Positions 45,562-55,512 of a stretch of 64,000 nucleotides of DNA are shown here, piece after piece. The notes under the pieces are model-generated. The model saw only the letters and a program-made list of their open reading frames with translations, was not told the origin of the DNA and ran no database searches. Position 1 is the stretch's first letter, and each line of letters starts with the position of its first letter. Source of the DNA: an uncultured virus (IMG/VR IMGVR_UViG_3300032050_000078) (taxonomy: Duplodnaviria > Heunggongvirae > Uroviricota > Caudoviricetes); IMG/VR virus record IMGVR_UViG_3300032050_000078, positions 1-64,000 of that record, one strand, 5' to 3'. Position numbers and translations under genes: made by a program.

Positions 45562-47822
45562 TACTGTCCTTGGAATATATAACTATTATCATCTTGGAAT
45601 ACAAACTCAAAGTCGTCTTGGAAAACTTTTTGATATACTCCACATTCCACACAAGATATGTCATAATCTATTAACAAATTAATTATTACTCTTGTGTCAT
45701 CCAATTGTGTTGTTACCGTAGGTTGACAAGTTGTGCCTCCAGTTAAACAACCACTCTTAATTATTATTTTATTAGTTTCAATATTGGTTTCAACCGAAGT
45801 AATTCCCGAAAAACCATATAAAGAAGTTTTAATTTCATTAACCCATTCCTCATCTGTTGGGTAATCATCAAGTCCTGTTGATGTATAAAATACGGTTTGA
45901 GAATTAACACCATTTACTGTCACATCAAGCGTAAAAATAGCAGAATTTAATATACAATTAGTATCTCCCGATGTTAAATCAAAGAAACCTTCATTTAACA
46001 TTTGTTGTATACCTCTTCTACCAAGAGTACCACTATTTTGGAAATTATTAGAACATACTCTATATGTTTGATAACTACTATATAGTACTGTTCCAAATAA
46101 TTCAATCGTTTTAATTAATGCACATCCATTATCATCAATTACCTCTAATGAATATGTTCCCGCAGTTAAACCAGTCACGGTAGTTCCTGTTTGTCCATTA
46201 ACATTAGAACTCCAATTTAAAATAAACGGTGGCTCCCCACTTGTTATTAATACATCAAGTTCTCCATCATTCCCACTTATAGGTTGTGTAGCAAAAAAAT
46301 CAAAATACACTGGAGACGATCCTGTAATATATACCGTTTCAATTTGTTGACAACCTCCTGAATCCGTTACAGTTACATCATAAAATCCTGGAGATAAATT
46401 ACTAAATGTTGATACGGGTCCAGGTGGAAATCCGGTGATTTGATAGGTATATGGTAGTGTACCCCCACTTGACGCTAAAATCTGTATTGTCCCATTATTA
46501 AAACCACAAGTTGTACCTGTGGTATTTGCGGTAATTGTATATAAATTAGTATTATTTATTATTGTTGTTGCGGTAAATACACAAGAACCTCCACTAATCA
46601 AAATAGTATATGTATCCGATGATAATGGTGGCGAATGATAATTATTACCTTCAGTTGATGTAGATACAGTATTACCTAAAGAATTTATTAAAGTGTAAAC
46701 ATATGTACCAACATTAGAACCACCATTTAATTCAATAAAAATTTGTCCGTCACTATTATTACAATTTGAATTAACCGTACTAAGATTAAGAATTGAGAAT
46801 CCGTTAGGTGTTAATAATGTTGTTGTTTGTGAGCTAGTACATAATCCAGCATCGGTAACATTAACAGTAAAATCACCTGAAGATAACCCCGTAAATGTAT
46901 AACTATCTGAGAATGAAATTGCGACACTACCATTTGATCCTGAATAATAGAAAGGTGATGTCCCTCCTGTAAGTTGGACTGTAACCTCCCCGTCATTTGA
47001 GAAACAACTTGGTGACACAATAGTAAAATTAACAATACCAACAGGTAACACTTGGTTCACCGTAATATTTGTTAGTGTTTTTGAACATCCTAACGAATCC
47101 GTCATAGTCACACTATAAACACCGCTCGTTAATCCTGTAACTGTAGAACCTGTTTGTCCATTCGCATTACTACTCCAACTATATGTATATGGTGATGTTC
47201 CCGTCTGTCCTGTAACAATTATCTTCCCACTTCCATCAAGTGCAACACAACTACCATCATTTATAACATAAACACCAAAATCAACCGTTGTTGAGGATTT
47301 TACAATACAACTTTCACTTTTCCCAGTACATCCACCTCCATCATTTCCGATAACATAATATGTACCACCTGATAATGAATTAAAAGTATAACTACCAAGG
47401 GTTGTTGCACCACTTGATTGATACCCATTTGTTGTTTCATATAGAAAAACTTCTCCACCCCCATAATCAACTGAGAATGTTGAGGTTAAAGATCCGTTAT
47501 TATTACCACAAGTTGTATTTGTTGTTGACGATATTGATAAACAACTACCTGTAGATATATTAAAATTTATTATTGCGGATGAAGGTCCTGGACTTAAACA
47601 AGAATCCGTAATTTCCAAACTATATGAACCACCAGTTAAACCACTAAAATAATATGAAGTAGTAGACGCAGAAGTCGGTAACAAACCTGATGTGGTTAAT
47701 TCCATTACAGAATATGGAGGAGCGGTACTTCCTGTAATATCAAATGATACTACTCCAGCACCTATATTAGAGCAATCTCCGCTTACAAAATAATTATACA
47801 CATATGGTAAACCACAACTCAT
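45561..47822 (-). CDS. Multi-SprB-repeat virion protein
   Basis: About seven repeats of C...G.....GGT.PY.Y.W.......GL..G.Y.V.VTD..GC. Confidence 0.8.
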   Translation of the reverse strand: MSCGLPYVYNYFVSGDCSNIGAGVVSFDITGSTAPPYSVMELTTSGLLPTSASTTSYYFSGLTGGSYSLEITDSCLSPGPSSAIINFNISTGSCLSISSTTNTTCGNNNGSLTSTFSVDYGGGEVFLYETTNGYQSSGATTLGSYTFNSLSGGTYYVIGNDGGGCTGKSESCIVKSSTTVDFGVYVINDGSCVALDGSGKIIVTGQTGTSPYTYSWSSNANGQTGSTVTGLTSGVYSVTMTDSLGCSKTLTNITVNQVLPVGIVNFTIVSPSCFSNDGEVTVQLTGGTSPFYYSGSNGSVAISFSDSYTFTGLSSGDFTVNVTDAGLCTSSQTTTLLTPNGFSILNLSTVNSNCNNSDGQIFIELNGGSNVGTYVYTLINSLGNTVSTSTEGNNYHSPPLSSDTYTILISGGSCVFTATTIINNTNLYTITANTTGTTCGFNNGTIQILASSGGTLPYTYQITGFPPGPVSTFSNLSPGFYDVTVTDSGGCQQIETVYITGSSPVYFDFFATQPISGNDGELDVLITSGEPPFILNWSSNVNGQTGTTVTGLTAGTYSLEVIDDNGCALIKTIELFGTVLYSSYQTYRVCSNNFQNSGTLGRRGIQQMLNEGFFDLTSGDTNCILNSAIFTLDVTVNGVNSQTVFYTSTGLDDYPTDEEWVNEIKTSLYGFSGITSVETNIETNKIIIKSGCLTGGTTCQPTVTTQLDDTRVIINLLIDYDISCVECGVYQKVFQDDFEFVFQDDNSYIFQGQ

Positions 47823-50800
47823 TAGTTACATAGTAAATTAAAATTTATTCCAACATTAAGTTCAAAACTTTGAACTACGCTTAATGGGATACAAGTACTA
47901 TTAAATACAGTAAAACTTGTTTCATCATCATTTAAATAATAACTTAACCCATATGTTTGTAAATCAACAAAACTTGTTTGTATTGCATCAACCCAAGTTT
48001 GTCCGCTTGGTACAGATAATGGGTTATTATATCCAACCCCATTGAAGAATGGGTAGTTAATAATATCATTTCCATTAAATTTAACATTCACATACCAAGT
48101 AGTTTGTAACGTATTCATATCACAATCACCAAATGTTAAACCGTTTGATGATAGATAACCATTTAACATATCACCAAGAACATTACCAAATGAATTAATA
48201 TAAGGATTTGTATCCCAAGGATACACTGAACAACTTACCGTTTGGATTGGACAATCGTAGGTAAATAATTGCCCCACTAATGTACATGGGTTACAAGGTA
48301 CAAGTACTAATTGACAACCCATCTGTCTTCTCCACACATATTTTTGCCTGTGGAATATTGAATTTTCGTACTTTGTACCGGCATTCCATATTGTTGTTGC
48401 CGGAACCATTTGTTCAATTAATCTAATCCAATAATCCCCAATACCATTTACATAATCTATCATTGTCTGATAAGTAAAATTGTCGTTTTTAATTCCCGCC
48501 AATTCTAGTGATTCAAGATATTTCCAATAAATTGACTGAAGTGTCGGATAACCTCCCGTCTTTCCATCAGTAATAAATTGTCTATTTCTAACATTAATTG
48601 TGTTATGCCAAAAACTTTGAGCAAATTCAAAAAATGTTTTTTGTTTTGGTTTTGGTATAATTTCAGTCCAATCTATTCCCCCTCTTTGTGGGTATGGTGT
48701 GTTAGGATTTGGGTTACAGTATGTTGGTGCAATATAATTCAATCCTTCTTCAGGTATTGGGTAATTATATTGTCGTGACATATTCCAAACATCGTAAACA
48801 AGTCCCTGAGCTGGATTCATAAAAATGTCAATATTTTTAACATTCAACACTAATCTATCATCATCAGTAGGGTAATAAGCTGTAAATCCACCATCAGTAC
48901 TTCTCCTAATAATTTCATTATTTACCACCCAACTTTTTTTATTATCCGCAGTTTTTCGTAATTTAAAACCTAAATCCATATATGGAAATTGTTTAAATCT
49001 CTGTAAATATTCTTCCCCGTAATTGAATGGTTGTAAAGTTGTTTGATAATTTGGGTTTGCACCTGTAAATACACTAGTCGTCAAATCAACTTGTGCCGGC
49101 ATTCTATGTTGTGGTGTAGATTCTATCCATCCTCCCCCAATTTGGAAGAAGAAATTATCACTGTCTACAGGCATACTTGGATAACCAAAACTATCTATAG
49201 GGTAATCAACTTTGGTTACTGTAATATCTTGAGTTACAGTATTTGTTGTGAATCCCGTATACTGAACACCCATAATTGAATATATGTCGGTAGTATCCAA
49301 TACAGGTATATCCTGTACATATGTACCTCCCGATATTTGAGTATATTGTTCCCCAAATTGAGTTAAATTTATTCTCTGATCAGCAACATACACATATTCA
49401 TTAAATTCGGTAATGGCATCAGGAGCACCAATCAATCTCAACAACATTTCAATTGATTTTCTTGTTCCTTTTGACTTAAATAGATATGCGGAATTTAATA
49501 TTAAATTTCTATAATATTGATAATTAATTTCTTCAGGAGTTTGTCCTTTAGAAAGTCCTGTAAATGTATTTTCCCCACTTGAGAATACAGAATCTAATAA
49601 TTGTTCGTTAGTGATTGGTGAAATATTATCTTTCCACCCTAAAGTTTGTGCTAAATTTTTTAAAAGTTGTGATGGGATATCATTTTTAACGGTATAATGA
49701 ACTGAATTCATATACGCTAAAGCACCTATGAATTTTTTTGTTTCATCAAAACTTCTACCATATATTTGTAATATTTTTTCTACTTTTTGATCCGATGTAT
49801 CAAATTCTTTTATCGCACCTGTAGTTAAAAATCTAGAAATTAAATTTGTTCTATATTCATCTAAATTTTCCGCAACACTACTTAATTTTAATAGATAACT
49901 ATTAAAATCATTACCACTAATACTTAAATTCCAAATACCACTTAATGGGAAAATTACAACTTCTTGAGTGATAGTATAAGTACCATCATCATTTTCAATT
50001 GGTTTATTAAAATAAGCACTATATTTTGGTGAAATTTCTCTATTTAATAAAAAGTTTTCAACTTGATCAAACTCCTCATTGAAGACTTTGTTAACATAGA
50101 AGTCTGTTGGTCTTATTATTATTGTTTTAAAAATCTCGGATTGTCCATTAAACGGGTTTCCTTCAATATACAATTTTAATGTTGTATCTGTGTCTGTTGT
50201 TGGTACTACTGTATTAATTGGGTAATTTACCCCATCAATAATAACCGTATATTTTGAGTATTCCACCGTTAAATTTCTCAATGGAGATACTGTAATCTCT
50301 CTTAATTGTAAGTTTCTTGTTGCATTAATACTAAAATCAATGTCAAACGGATTACGAATAAGATATAATGGAATTTCAAAATATGTCTCATTTTCAATAA
50401 CATCATACGATGAGGTTGTAACTGTTTGTCCTGTTACAAATCTTGTTGTTGATGAAAATATCTCTAACGCCGCAGGAAAGTAATTAATAATTTTAGTTAT
50501 GGATACTGAAAATCTTTTAGCCAAAGAACCATAAATTGTAAAATTAGTAATTTCACTTAAATCATAATTTGGGTATACTTGAAAATTTTTATTTACCAAT
50601 AATTTTGATTGTTCAATATCGGTAATATTCATTGATTCCAAAGAAATTGGATCGGAAAATGATCCAATTGAGAAATTTCTATTAACTTTTTCGGTCACAT
50701 TGGTAGTGAACTCAAAATTTGCTTGAGTAAAACCTCCACCGTCAACTAATTGAAATCCGACAAGATTGTCAGAAAAACTTCCTTCTCCGCTAGCCTGTGG

Positions 50801-50827
50801 TGGGCAAGTATACTTAATAATTGCCAT
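47822..50827 (-). CDS. Baseplate wedge-like protein
   Basis: LLKNLAQTLGW...YLFKSKGTRKSIEMLLRLIG is typical of P2 gpI / T4 gp7-like wedge proteins. Confidence 0.65.
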   Translation of the reverse strand: MAIIKYTCPPQASGEGSFSDNLVGFQLVDGGGFTQANFEFTTNVTEKVNRNFSIGSFSDPISLESMNITDIEQSKLLVNKNFQVYPNYDLSEITNFTIYGSLAKRFSVSITKIINYFPAALEIFSSTTRFVTGQTVTTSSYDVIENETYFEIPLYLIRNPFDIDFSINATRNLQLREITVSPLRNLTVEYSKYTVIIDGVNYPINTVVPTTDTDTTLKLYIEGNPFNGQSEIFKTIIIRPTDFYVNKVFNEEFDQVENFLLNREISPKYSAYFNKPIENDDGTYTITQEVVIFPLSGIWNLSISGNDFNSYLLKLSSVAENLDEYRTNLISRFLTTGAIKEFDTSDQKVEKILQIYGRSFDETKKFIGALAYMNSVHYTVKNDIPSQLLKNLAQTLGWKDNISPITNEQLLDSVFSSGENTFTGLSKGQTPEEINYQYYRNLILNSAYLFKSKGTRKSIEMLLRLIGAPDAITEFNEYVYVADQRINLTQFGEQYTQISGGTYVQDIPVLDTTDIYSIMGVQYTGFTTNTVTQDITVTKVDYPIDSFGYPSMPVDSDNFFFQIGGGWIESTPQHRMPAQVDLTTSVFTGANPNYQTTLQPFNYGEEYLQRFKQFPYMDLGFKLRKTADNKKSWVVNNEIIRRSTDGGFTAYYPTDDDRLVLNVKNIDIFMNPAQGLVYDVWNMSRQYNYPIPEEGLNYIAPTYCNPNPNTPYPQRGGIDWTEIIPKPKQKTFFEFAQSFWHNTINVRNRQFITDGKTGGYPTLQSIYWKYLESLELAGIKNDNFTYQTMIDYVNGIGDYWIRLIEQMVPATTIWNAGTKYENSIFHRQKYVWRRQMGCQLVLVPCNPCTLVGQLFTYDCPIQTVSCSVYPWDTNPYINSFGNVLGDMLNGYLSSNGLTFGDCDMNTLQTTWYVNVKFNGNDIINYPFFNGVGYNNPLSVPSGQTWVDAIQTSFVDLQTYGLSYYLNDDETSFTVFNSTCIPLSVVQSFELNVGINFNLLCN

Positions 50828-51735
50828 TATCCTGTTATATTTGTAAAGTTTTTAGTAAAATCAATATTATTACCTCTGTCTTGTCTAACTTCATAAAGAA
50901 GTTCATTAAACTGATCTCTAATTTCGTATAAGTTGTATTGTTTGTATATATTATTTTCACTGTCGTAAATAGTGTAAATACCATCATCAATTGACTTAGT
51001 TTGATTCCCATAAAGAGCAAGTGCCAATGTTGATATATCGTGCTCAACAATCTCAATTTCAGTGGTTACCGGATTAAAATATGTATTACTAATAACAATA
51101 TCTTGATTTGGTTGTCCAATGAATGGTGTTGCGTTTGGTTTATTAGTTGGTGATGATGATGGTGAAAGCGTACAAAAAATTAAATTAGTTGTTCCTTCAG
51201 TATATCTATATCTAATTGATTTTTGTGATGTATTTGTAAGATTTTGTATTACTGGCTCACAATAAAAAGATGAGGTTATCATCCTAAAAAAGTTCGGTAT
51301 CTTTGTTCCATCAGAATTTAAATATTCAACTCTAAATCCAATTAAACCTTGATTAATAAAATTATTCCTAAATTGTGTTGGGACATTATTAACATCAATA
51401 ACAATCCCTTTAACATTTGGTAATGCCGATAAAATACCACAATCTGTAATTCTAGTTCTTATCTCTGCCGGTCTAATATATAATGTATATATCCCTAATT
51501 TATTGAATACATCCGCAGGAAGTTTTAAGTTGTATAATCCACCTAAAATCTCAACATCCGCATTACCACCAGTATTGTTATTATTAAAATAAGGTCGTAA
51601 TATTGTTTTTGCATCCAATTTTGTTAAAACGAAATTATCAGTATCGTCTCTACTTGGAGTGTAATTCAAAATGATGTCTACATCATCAGGACTAACATCT
51701 GCCGGTCTAATTGTTCCGTAACTACCTGTTGCCAC
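50827..51735 (-). CDS. Structural-module hypothetical protein, 302 aa (GTG start)
   Basis: ORF coupled to the wedge gene. TATTTAT at 51771-51777. Confidence 0.7.
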   Translation of the reverse strand: MATGSYGTIRPADVSPDDVDIILNYTPSRDDTDNFVLTKLDAKTILRPYFNNNNTGGNADVEILGGLYNLKLPADVFNKLGIYTLYIRPAEIRTRITDCGILSALPNVKGIVIDVNNVPTQFRNNFINQGLIGFRVEYLNSDGTKIPNFFRMITSSFYCEPVIQNLTNTSQKSIRYRYTEGTTNLIFCTLSPSSSPTNKPNATPFIGQPNQDIVISNTYFNPVTTEIEIVEHDISTLALALYGNQTKSIDDGIYTIYDSENNIYKQYNLYEIRDQFNELLYEVRQDRGNNIDFTKNFTNITG

Positions 51736-51784
51736 TATTAATATCTTTTATATTGTTTATCGTTTTAAATATAAATACTTAAAA

Positions 51785-52957
51785 TCATTGTTTTTCCACA
51801 TTAAAAAACCCATATCCATATTTGGTTAAGTCACCAACATTATCAACTTCACCAAGTCTTTCAATATATTCTAATGCAGACATTTTACCTCTTTCTATGA
51901 ATATATTGGACTGTATTTCGGGTTGATCAATGACATTAATTAATGCCTCATTTTTTGTTAATGCCGACAATACCAAATCATCTTGAGTGAAACCTGAAGA
52001 CTGTATTACATATAATGTTGTACCATCAGGATAGTCATAATAATCAACACCATCTATCGTATATGAAACATAAGTTCCACTTGGGTCAGGACCCCAATAT
52101 GTACCAACACTATTTGATGTTCCTGTCACTTGAATGCCAGGTTTAAACTTCCCTTCAGCTAATAAATATTTAGGTCCATACTGAGCTAAGTCATTTATAG
52201 ATGATTGGGTATATCCTGTGATTGTGAATGGTACTGTGGTGTAATTATAACTATAGAAATCATCTATATTTGTATTAGAATCACCACTAAATATATAATC
52301 ATAATTAAATGAAGTTGCCGACCAATTACCACCCGCAGGTGTAAATGTTGCGACACCAAACGGATCTAAATTAGGTACAAAAACAAACGGTACAGTTATT
52401 GTTTTTGATACTTGGGATATTCCCCAAGGTGATGTCGCAGTCATCGTTATTGTGTACTGACCATTACCTATTGGGTAACTATGTGATAATGGTGCCGTTC
52501 CTGTTATTGTCTGAACTGTTGACCCATCACCCCAATCTACCTTAAATGTTGTTAATTCTAAAAACTTTTTTAACTCTAAATCTGAAGTATTATAAAAGTA
52601 ATAGGTGTATGGACTACCTGTCGTTGCAGAGAACATAAAGTTGGTGATAACTTCTTTTTGTAATATCGCACCATCAAAAACAGAATAATAACCGTAATCC
52701 ACTCCTGTTTGAGTTAAGAGAATCGGTATAGTTAATCCTGTTAAAATTGATGTTCCTCCAGACGCTCCTGACAGAACATATGTCATTCCCGTATAAACAC
52801 CTGTTGATCCTGTTAATGTATTCTCAGTTATTGCAGTTATTGGGCAACAAGGATCAACATCATAAATATAATCAGTACCACCAGTATAATTTACCGTAAT
52901 TAAATCCCCTTTTATATTTTCGGGTGATATTTTAAAATAATACTTTTGCTCAACCAT
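51785..52957 (-). CDS. PKD-domain virion protein
   Basis: VDWGDGST...SHSY...GQYTITMTA. Confidence 0.7.
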   Translation of the reverse strand: MVEQKYYFKISPENIKGDLITVNYTGGTDYIYDVDPCCPITAITENTLTGSTGVYTGMTYVLSGASGGTSILTGLTIPILLTQTGVDYGYYSVFDGAILQKEVITNFMFSATTGSPYTYYFYNTSDLELKKFLELTTFKVDWGDGSTVQTITGTAPLSHSYPIGNGQYTITMTATSPWGISQVSKTITVPFVFVPNLDPFGVATFTPAGGNWSATSFNYDYIFSGDSNTNIDDFYSYNYTTVPFTITGYTQSSINDLAQYGPKYLLAEGKFKPGIQVTGTSNSVGTYWGPDPSGTYVSYTIDGVDYYDYPDGTTLYVIQSSGFTQDDLVLSALTKNEALINVIDQPEIQSNIFIERGKMSALEYIERLGEVDNVGDLTKYGYGFFNVEKQ

Positions 52958-52958
52958 T

Positions 52959-53777
52959 TTATACAGGATTTACATATTCAAACCAAATAATTGGGTTATT
53001 TTCCAACCCCACTCTTTGTACATTATTATCAGGTCGGTAAACCTGATAAGTTTTATTGTTATAATTTAAATTAACTTTATAATAAAAATAATTATCACCA
53101 TTAAATGTGTACGGATTTGGTATTTGGAACTGTGGTTGATTAACCATAGTTGCGTAAGTCCCTGTTCTTCCATTAAAGAACTTTGCCGACATATAAAATT
53201 CTGTTAAATCTATAAAGTCTCTCTTTCTTAACCAATATATAAAAAACCCTTCCTTATCACCAATAAAATCCAATCTCATTGTTGGTTTTTTAACATCAAC
53301 ATTTGGTAATAATGTAGATATTGAAACCGACTCTGTAAACCCTTGTTGTACAGGTAAAATTATGGTAAAATATATTTTTTGACTTATTGGATCCGCAGTG
53401 TCATAAAAATCTAATTTAAAAAATGATTTAGTGAACGGATTACTATAATAGTATATTTCTTTCTCAGTAAACCCAACTGTAGTATAACTACTCACATAGT
53501 TAGAAATATTTGCCGATGGTATATTTTGAGGTAGCCCGTTATAAAAATAAAACTCATAATTTAACGAAGTTTTTAAAACATTTAATATATCGTAATTATC
53601 ATGTGAAAATCTATCAACTTCAAAATCATTTGGTATTCCAACTATCTCACCTAAAATGGTTTTTTCATAATCTTCAATACCACCATCTCTTCCTCCAAAG
53701 TCCCACTTAAGTTCAATTGGAATGTCAATTTGTTTGTCATTTGCGGGGATTACTATCTTATATTTATTCACACTCAT
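52959..53777 (-). CDS. Structural-module hypothetical protein, 272 aa
   Basis: ORF in the tail operon. Confidence 0.7.
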   Translation of the reverse strand: MSVNKYKIVIPANDKQIDIPIELKWDFGGRDGGIEDYEKTILGEIVGIPNDFEVDRFSHDNYDILNVLKTSLNYEFYFYNGLPQNIPSANISNYVSSYTTVGFTEKEIYYYSNPFTKSFFKLDFYDTADPISQKIYFTIILPVQQGFTESVSISTLLPNVDVKKPTMRLDFIGDKEGFFIYWLRKRDFIDLTEFYMSAKFFNGRTGTYATMVNQPQFQIPNPYTFNGDNYFYYKVNLNYNNKTYQVYRPDNNVQRVGLENNPIIWFEYVNPV

Positions 53778-55512
53778 CTATTGTAGGTTCTGCAATTTCG
53801 TTTATGAATTGGTTACCAATTTGACTACCTTCAGGTATTAATCTAAATATGTTTTCAACAAACGGATAATGTTTTCCATTAATAAATGGGAAGTCAACAC
53901 CAATACCACTTGCATCAATATATCCAAAAGGATATAAATCTCTCCATCTAAAACTATTTGATAAATTTGAATAGAACGAATAATCGGGTACCCCAACGAT
54001 TAATTGAGCATCACCTTCTTCAATATAATCAGAAAATCTTCTGATTACTACAGTTTTATGTGGTTGATAATAGTATCCTAATTGATTTGTATTATTAGAT
54101 GTAGTATTACCAGTTAAATTAAAATATGTTGGGTTAAATGTAAATTTGTGTAGAATATTTGATATTACTCTTTCTTCTTGGTTGTATGCATTAAATTCAC
54201 AGTAATCTCCGTCAACTATATCACCTATTTGTAAATTTTCATTATAAACAAAAGGTCCAACAGGTGGTGTAGTTTGACTAAAATAAATACCTATTGGTAA
54301 ATTAGCATCTGACGATACATTATTTATATCCCACCAAGGTGAAGGTTCATTATTAACTAATGGTAGGTTGAATGTAAATCCTTCCTTTAATGGGTTTGTC
54401 CACCCAAAATAACCTTTCCATATAGTAGTGAAGTATAATTCACTTAAAGGTCGTTTTTGATTATCAATTAATCCTGTTATATCAATGTCAGAATTAAATG
54501 TTAATGTGTAAGATTGATTACCTTCCTTAACAGATGTTCTTACAAGATTATTTGGGGTTAAAACTGCAGGTTCTAACTTACTTTTTGATGTAAATATATT
54601 TTGTTCAAATCCGGCTTTAACCAACACTGCGTTATCAGAACTTGTGAGTATTTTATGTCTTCTCACATAATAAGTTGACATTGTTTCCCCTGAATTCGCA
54701 TCATCCAATACTTTTTTAAAAGTACCAGTAACTCCCTGATTAAATGTTGTACCGATATAACCTATGTTGTCTATGTTGAAAATGTACTCTTCACTACCAA
54801 ACCCCGTATCACCTAAACTAGATACTAAAAACAACTGATCTCCAAAATAATCAAAAGATAAATAAACATAATCCCCTATATTTAACCCATGTGGCATAAC
54901 ACATCTAAAAGATATAACTCTTGTATTGTCATTACTTCCAACAACAATAATAAATGGGATACCATCAGATGCCACCCACGACCAAGATGTTGTTGTTTGT
55001 TGATCAACCGCTTCTAATTGTTTGTTTGGGTTATTATCATAAGCATAACTCATGTAATGAGTCCAATTATATGTAGTCGCACTTTTATTAACAAAAGTCA
55101 AATGATTATTTGGGGGTTGTGTGTATCCAGGATTATTATTATCCGTTCTAATAAAATCAAATTCAAAATACTGAGGATAACCATCCCAAGGTAAATTTGG
55201 GTTTACAGTTGCGGTAACCGCATTTTGTATTGCGTTTGCATAAAACATATTATTTTTAAACGGAGTATAGTTTGTAGATCCAACATAATTATTTTTAAAT
55301 ATGAATGAAAATTTACAAGTAGGTCTAAAAATTTGAGACGCTTCCCTTTCATTAATATAAAGTTGTTGTAAATTTACATCCGCAGTTCTATCAAATTCAA
55401 TATTTTCTCTTTGTGTCTGTTCTAATGTTATATTAGATAGCATATCAACATTAGGAGAAACTTTATTTCTCAGAGATCCTAAAATAATTCTTGTTTCGTT
55501 ATCAATACCCAT
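53764..55512 (-). CDS. Structural-module hypothetical protein, 582 aa
   Basis: ORF in the tail operon. Confidence 0.7.
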   Translation of the reverse strand: MGIDNETRIILGSLRNKVSPNVDMLSNITLEQTQRENIEFDRTADVNLQQLYINEREASQIFRPTCKFSFIFKNNYVGSTNYTPFKNNMFYANAIQNAVTATVNPNLPWDGYPQYFEFDFIRTDNNNPGYTQPPNNHLTFVNKSATTYNWTHYMSYAYDNNPNKQLEAVDQQTTTSWSWVASDGIPFIIVVGSNDNTRVISFRCVMPHGLNIGDYVYLSFDYFGDQLFLVSSLGDTGFGSEEYIFNIDNIGYIGTTFNQGVTGTFKKVLDDANSGETMSTYYVRRHKILTSSDNAVLVKAGFEQNIFTSKSKLEPAVLTPNNLVRTSVKEGNQSYTLTFNSDIDITGLIDNQKRPLSELYFTTIWKGYFGWTNPLKEGFTFNLPLVNNEPSPWWDINNVSSDANLPIGIYFSQTTPPVGPFVYNENLQIGDIVDGDYCEFNAYNQEERVISNILHKFTFNPTYFNLTGNTTSNNTNQLGYYYQPHKTVVIRRFSDYIEEGDAQLIVGVPDYSFYSNLSNSFRWRDLYPFGYIDASGIGVDFPFINGKHYPFVENIFRLIPEGSQIGNQFINEIAEPTIDECE

